DNA of 64,000 bases, from assembly GCA_016716675.1 (NCBI GenBank), contig JADJVG010000008.1:123134-187133 (forward strand), written 5' to 3'. This document shows, piece after piece, positions 60,911 through 64,000 of this stretch (position 1 is its first letter; each line of letters opens with the position of its first letter). The notes under the pieces are model-generated. The model saw only the letters and a list, made by a program, of their open reading frames with translations, was not told the origin of the DNA and ran no database searches. Both the position numbers and the translations under genes were made by a program. Source of the stretch: Hyphomicrobium sp. (GTDB taxonomy: Bacteria > Pseudomonadota > Alphaproteobacteria > Rhizobiales > Hyphomicrobiaceae).

Positions 60911-61918
60911 ATGTCCGAAGCGCAAACTCTCGCAAATCGCACGCATATGAACTGGGGCCCGATCGCCTTGACGGCAATCGGCGCGATCATGGCCGGCCTT
61001 GCCGTCAATTCGGCAATGCAACCCGCCGAGCTCCCCTATCAGAGAACCATCGTCGACGCCGCTCCTGAAACCTACGCGGCGCTTTCGCTGCCGGCTTCAG
61101 ATCCTGCAATGAGCGTGAAGAAGCTTGAGTGGAGCGTGTCGAGCGTTCGCGAACCCATCGCGACCGCAGTGGTTGCAACGGACGCCGACGGACGACACGT
61201 TCCGCTCGACTGGCAGAACAATGTCACCGAGCCGGTGTTTGCTGCGGATCTAAGGATGACCGAAGTCAGCAAAGTGCTGGCAGCCATTCGCGAACATGTT
61301 CCCGAAAATGCTGTCGTCCTCTCATGGTGGGATTTGTCGCGGAAGATCCGTCTGGTGGCGCAGCGTCAGGCACCACTCGACGATCCATATGCTCGTGGAC
61401 TGATATTGCCGACGGCCTGGCAGTCAGCATCAGGTCTGATTGACGAGCAGGAAAACACCTACTGGGGTAAAGGCGTTTCCGAAGCCGATGGCAAAAAATT
61501 CACGCATTACATAGATGCGCTGCTTCTCGATGAGATCAAAGGAGCCGACGCGCTGCGCGCATTGGTTCCTGACGGCAAAGACGTCTACGTGGCGGTTCAT
61601 CTCTCCGACATCTGGAAGGCGGCTGCCAGCCGGCACGATCAGATAGGAATTGCCTATAAGGATATTCCCAGCGGAGGCCAGTCGCATAGCGTCATGAAGG
61701 CGGCGAAGGATTGGATCCGGGAACAGAAGATCGAGGGCGGCTATGCCGTCGAGCCGGTTGGAAATGCTGTCCGGCTGCATTACTTCACGGGCAAGGACAG
61801 CTCCAATCTTCTGCTTGCGAAATTGCTACCGTTCTCGACGTCAAACCCGATGCAACTCGAACGCTTCGAGCTCGTCTATCAGCATCGCGGCTTCTGGGTC
61901 TACAAGCTCAAGGGATAG
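60911..61918 (+). CDS. haoB: HaoB (hao-associated membrane-anchored protein)
   Basis: Directly after haoA; N-terminal TM; LDWQ...EP, VVLSWWDLSRKIRL, LAKLLPFSTSNP, LVYQ..GFWVYKL resemble HaoB as I recall it. Alternative start at 60794. Confidence 0.8.
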   Translation: MSEAQTLANRTHMNWGPIALTAIGAIMAGLAVNSAMQPAELPYQRTIVDAAPETYAALSLPASDPAMSVKKLEWSVSSVREPIATAVVATDADGRHVPLDWQNNVTEPVFAADLRMTEVSKVLAAIREHVPENAVVLSWWDLSRKIRLVAQRQAPLDDPYARGLILPTAWQSASGLIDEQENTYWGKGVSEADGKKFTHYIDALLLDEIKGADALRALVPDGKDVYVAVHLSDIWKAAASRHDQIGIAYKDIPSGGQSHSVMKAAKDWIREQKIEGGYAVEPVGNAVRLHYFTGKDSSNLLLAKLLPFSTSNPMQLERFELVYQHRGFWVYKLKG

Positions 61919-61969
61919 CGGTGGTGATCTGTGGCCAGCTCTCTGCTGGCCACGCCCTCATTTGGTGCC

Positions 61970-62407
61970 TCACTTGGTCGTGATCGGAACCACGCCGTTC
62001 TTCAAAGTCTCGGATACTTCGCGCGGCATGTAGTTTTCATCGTGCTTGGCTAGGATCGTCGTCGCCTCGAAAGTACCATTCTTGACGAGGCCCTCTGCAA
62101 CGACGCCTTGTTGCTCGCGGAACAGATCCGGCAGGATTCCGCTATAGCGAACGCCTATGGCATTGGCGCCATCGGTAATGCGGAAGGTCACGTTCATTCC
62201 GTCTTGCTGGCGTATGACGCTGTCTTTCTCAACAAGACCGCCGATGCGGGTCTGCTGTCCGGCAATGACTTTGCCTTCTTGAATATCGCTTGGCGTATGA
62301 AAGAAGACGATGTTGTCGCGCATCGCGGTCATCACGAGTACGCCGCATGCGGCAAGGATCGCCACAGCGCTCGAAATGAGCAGTGCGCGCTTTCCTTTGC
62401 GGCTCAT
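61970..62407 (-). CDS. ccmE: Cytochrome c maturation heme chaperone CcmE
   Basis: [40 protein letters not shown] overlaps the hemA stop (ATGA). Confidence 0.95.
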   Translation of the reverse strand: MSRKGKRALLISSAVAILAACGVLVMTAMRDNIVFFHTPSDIQEGKVIAGQQTRIGGLVEKDSVIRQQDGMNVTFRITDGANAIGVRYSGILPDLFREQQGVVAEGLVKNGTFEATTILAKHDENYMPREVSETLKNGVVPITTK

Positions 62408-63723
62408 GGCTTCTCTCCGCCTCTGATAGTCAAGGGGAGGTCGAGATGCCTCCACGTTTCCCGCAGGGCATCCACGAGATCATTGATCATCGCCTCGCTG
62501 TGGCAGGGGCCTGGCGTTATTCTAAGGCGTTCGGTTCCGCGAGCGACGGTTGGGTAGTTGATCGGCTGGATATAGATGTTCCGCTTTTCCAGGAGATAGT
62601 CGCTCGCCGCTTTGCAGAGCACGGGATCGCGCACCATCACCGGAACAATATGGCTGACGCAATCGAGGACAGGCAGTCCGCCGCGCTTTAACCGGCTCCT
62701 GAGGAGGGCTGCATGTTCGTGCAGTTTCTGCCGCTCAACCGAGGACGCCTTCAAGTGCCGGACGCTGGCCAGCGCGCCAGCGGCGACCACTGGCGGCACC
62801 GTTGTTGTGAAGATGAAACCCGAGCCGAAACAGCGAACCGCGTCGATGACAGTGCTAGAAGCGGCGATGTAGCCGCCGATCACGCCAACGGCTTTGGCGA
62901 GTGTCGCCTGGATGACATCGACGCGATCTGCGACCCCGTCGCGTTCGGCAACGCCGGCACCCGTTCGGCCATACATGCCGACGGCATGAACTTCGTCGAG
63001 GTAGGTGAGGGCGCCATAGCGATGGGCGATGTCGCAGAGCAGGCCGATCGGCGCGATGTCGCCATCCATGGAATAGACGGACTCGAACGCCACGATCTTC
63101 GGTCTTGAGGTCGGCAGTTTCGCCAAAATCTCTTCAAGATGATTGTGGTCGTTGTGGCGGAAGATAAACTTCTCCACGCCGCTCGAGCGGATGCCATGGA
63201 TCATGGAGGCATGATTGTTGGCATCAGAAATCAGCACGCATTCCGGAAGCAGCTTGGCGAGCGTTTCAAGAACCGTGAGGTTGGCGACATAGCCTGACGA
63301 GAACACGAGTGCCGCCGGCTTGTCGTGCAGGTGCGCAAGTTCGCGCTCCAACTCAACGACGGGCCGATGGTTGCCAGATATGTTGCGCGTTCCGCCGGAG
63401 CCCGCGCCGAAGGTCTCGATGGCGGTCTTCATGGCGTCCAACACGATTGGGTGCTGGCCCATGCCGAGATAGTCGTTCGAGCACCACACGGTGACGGTGC
63501 TCACTTGGCCATTGCGCCACATTTGCGCGCGCGGAAAATCGCCGACAAGCCTGCCATTCTCGATGAATTGCCGGTAGCGGCCCTCAAATTTGAGCTCCTC
63601 GATTTGAAAACCAAGAATGCGATCATAGTCTGGTGGCGCGTTGCTCCATTTACAGGGTGGTTTAGCTGCGTGTTGCTGCAAGACATGGGAATGCTGAGAG
63701 CCAACGGAACGATGTGTTTTCAT
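62404..63723 (-). CDS. hemA: 5-aminolevulinate synthase
   Basis: [60 protein letters not shown]-Lys, [15 protein letters not shown]. Confidence 0.93.
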   Translation of the reverse strand: MKTHRSVGSQHSHVLQQHAAKPPCKWSNAPPDYDRILGFQIEELKFEGRYRQFIENGRLVGDFPRAQMWRNGQVSTVTVWCSNDYLGMGQHPIVLDAMKTAIETFGAGSGGTRNISGNHRPVVELERELAHLHDKPAALVFSSGYVANLTVLETLAKLLPECVLISDANNHASMIHGIRSSGVEKFIFRHNDHNHLEEILAKLPTSRPKIVAFESVYSMDGDIAPIGLLCDIAHRYGALTYLDEVHAVGMYGRTGAGVAERDGVADRVDVIQATLAKAVGVIGGYIAASSTVIDAVRCFGSGFIFTTTVPPVVAAGALASVRHLKASSVERQKLHEHAALLRSRLKRGGLPVLDCVSHIVPVMVRDPVLCKAASDYLLEKRNIYIQPINYPTVARGTERLRITPGPCHSEAMINDLVDALRETWRHLDLPLTIRGGEKP

Positions 63724-64000
63724 TTTGCTTTGTGTTCCTGAGCTCTGACCAGTTGCAGGGGGCGTTGCGCTGGGACTAGCTGCGGGCGGCTCTCCAGCGG
63801 ACGCGGTTTCGAGCTCTTTCAATAATCCGGTGACGGCGTTTTTAGCTTCGGAGTTCTCCGGCACGATACCGGAAAGCTGCGTCAGCGTTTTCTTGGCGTC
63901 TTCGATTTCATGGCGGCGAACCTGGCCGATGCTTTTCAGCCAGAGCGCTTCCGGCTTTTTCGGATCGGATGAGAGGATACCGTCGACGATCTTCTCGCCT
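63724..64000 (-). CDS. C-terminal part of a TPR protein (CcmI/CycH-like?), in frame with hemA; 5' part outside the window
   Basis: Hand translation [53 protein letters not shown] is TPR-like; no stop before the hemA ATG. Confidence 0.55.

Noticed and set aside
59046-61918. Calling the organism an ammonia oxidiser or methanotroph
   Set aside because: No amo/pmo or cycAB genes are in the window; haoAB alone does not establish nitrification.

Overview
GC-rich alphaproteobacterial chromosome segment; the gene set and order suggest Hyphomicrobiales, probably Hyphomicrobium-like (inference). 1-28.5 kb is core backbone: ruvX-pyrB-pyrC'-plsY-dprA-topA-rnr on the minus strand, gatC-gatA-gatB on the plus strand, several small inserted genes, a strongly structured candidate sRNA before gatB, and tRNA-Ser(GCT). 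After the tRNA comes an accessory region. It holds a VIT1 transporter, a CzcA/CusA-type RND pump with a two-component system, three autotransporters, a GST, an uncharacterised molybdopterin enzyme, REP-like palindromes, a decayed Rhs toxin-immunity cassette, a TMAO-demethylase-like (Tdm) gene, a cysC fragment and a Crp/Fnr regulator. The window ends with a methanotroph-type haoAB pair (octaheme hydroxylamine oxidoreductase retaining the P460 cross-link Tyr motif) facing a heme supply/maturation unit (TPR protein in frame with ALAS, then ccmE). The haoAB plus heme module is the most notable system. Several lesions are present (pyrB/pyrC junction deletion, P450 nonsense codon, homopolymer frameshifts) and may be real or assembly errors. 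All calls come from reading motifs by eye; no database searches were run.
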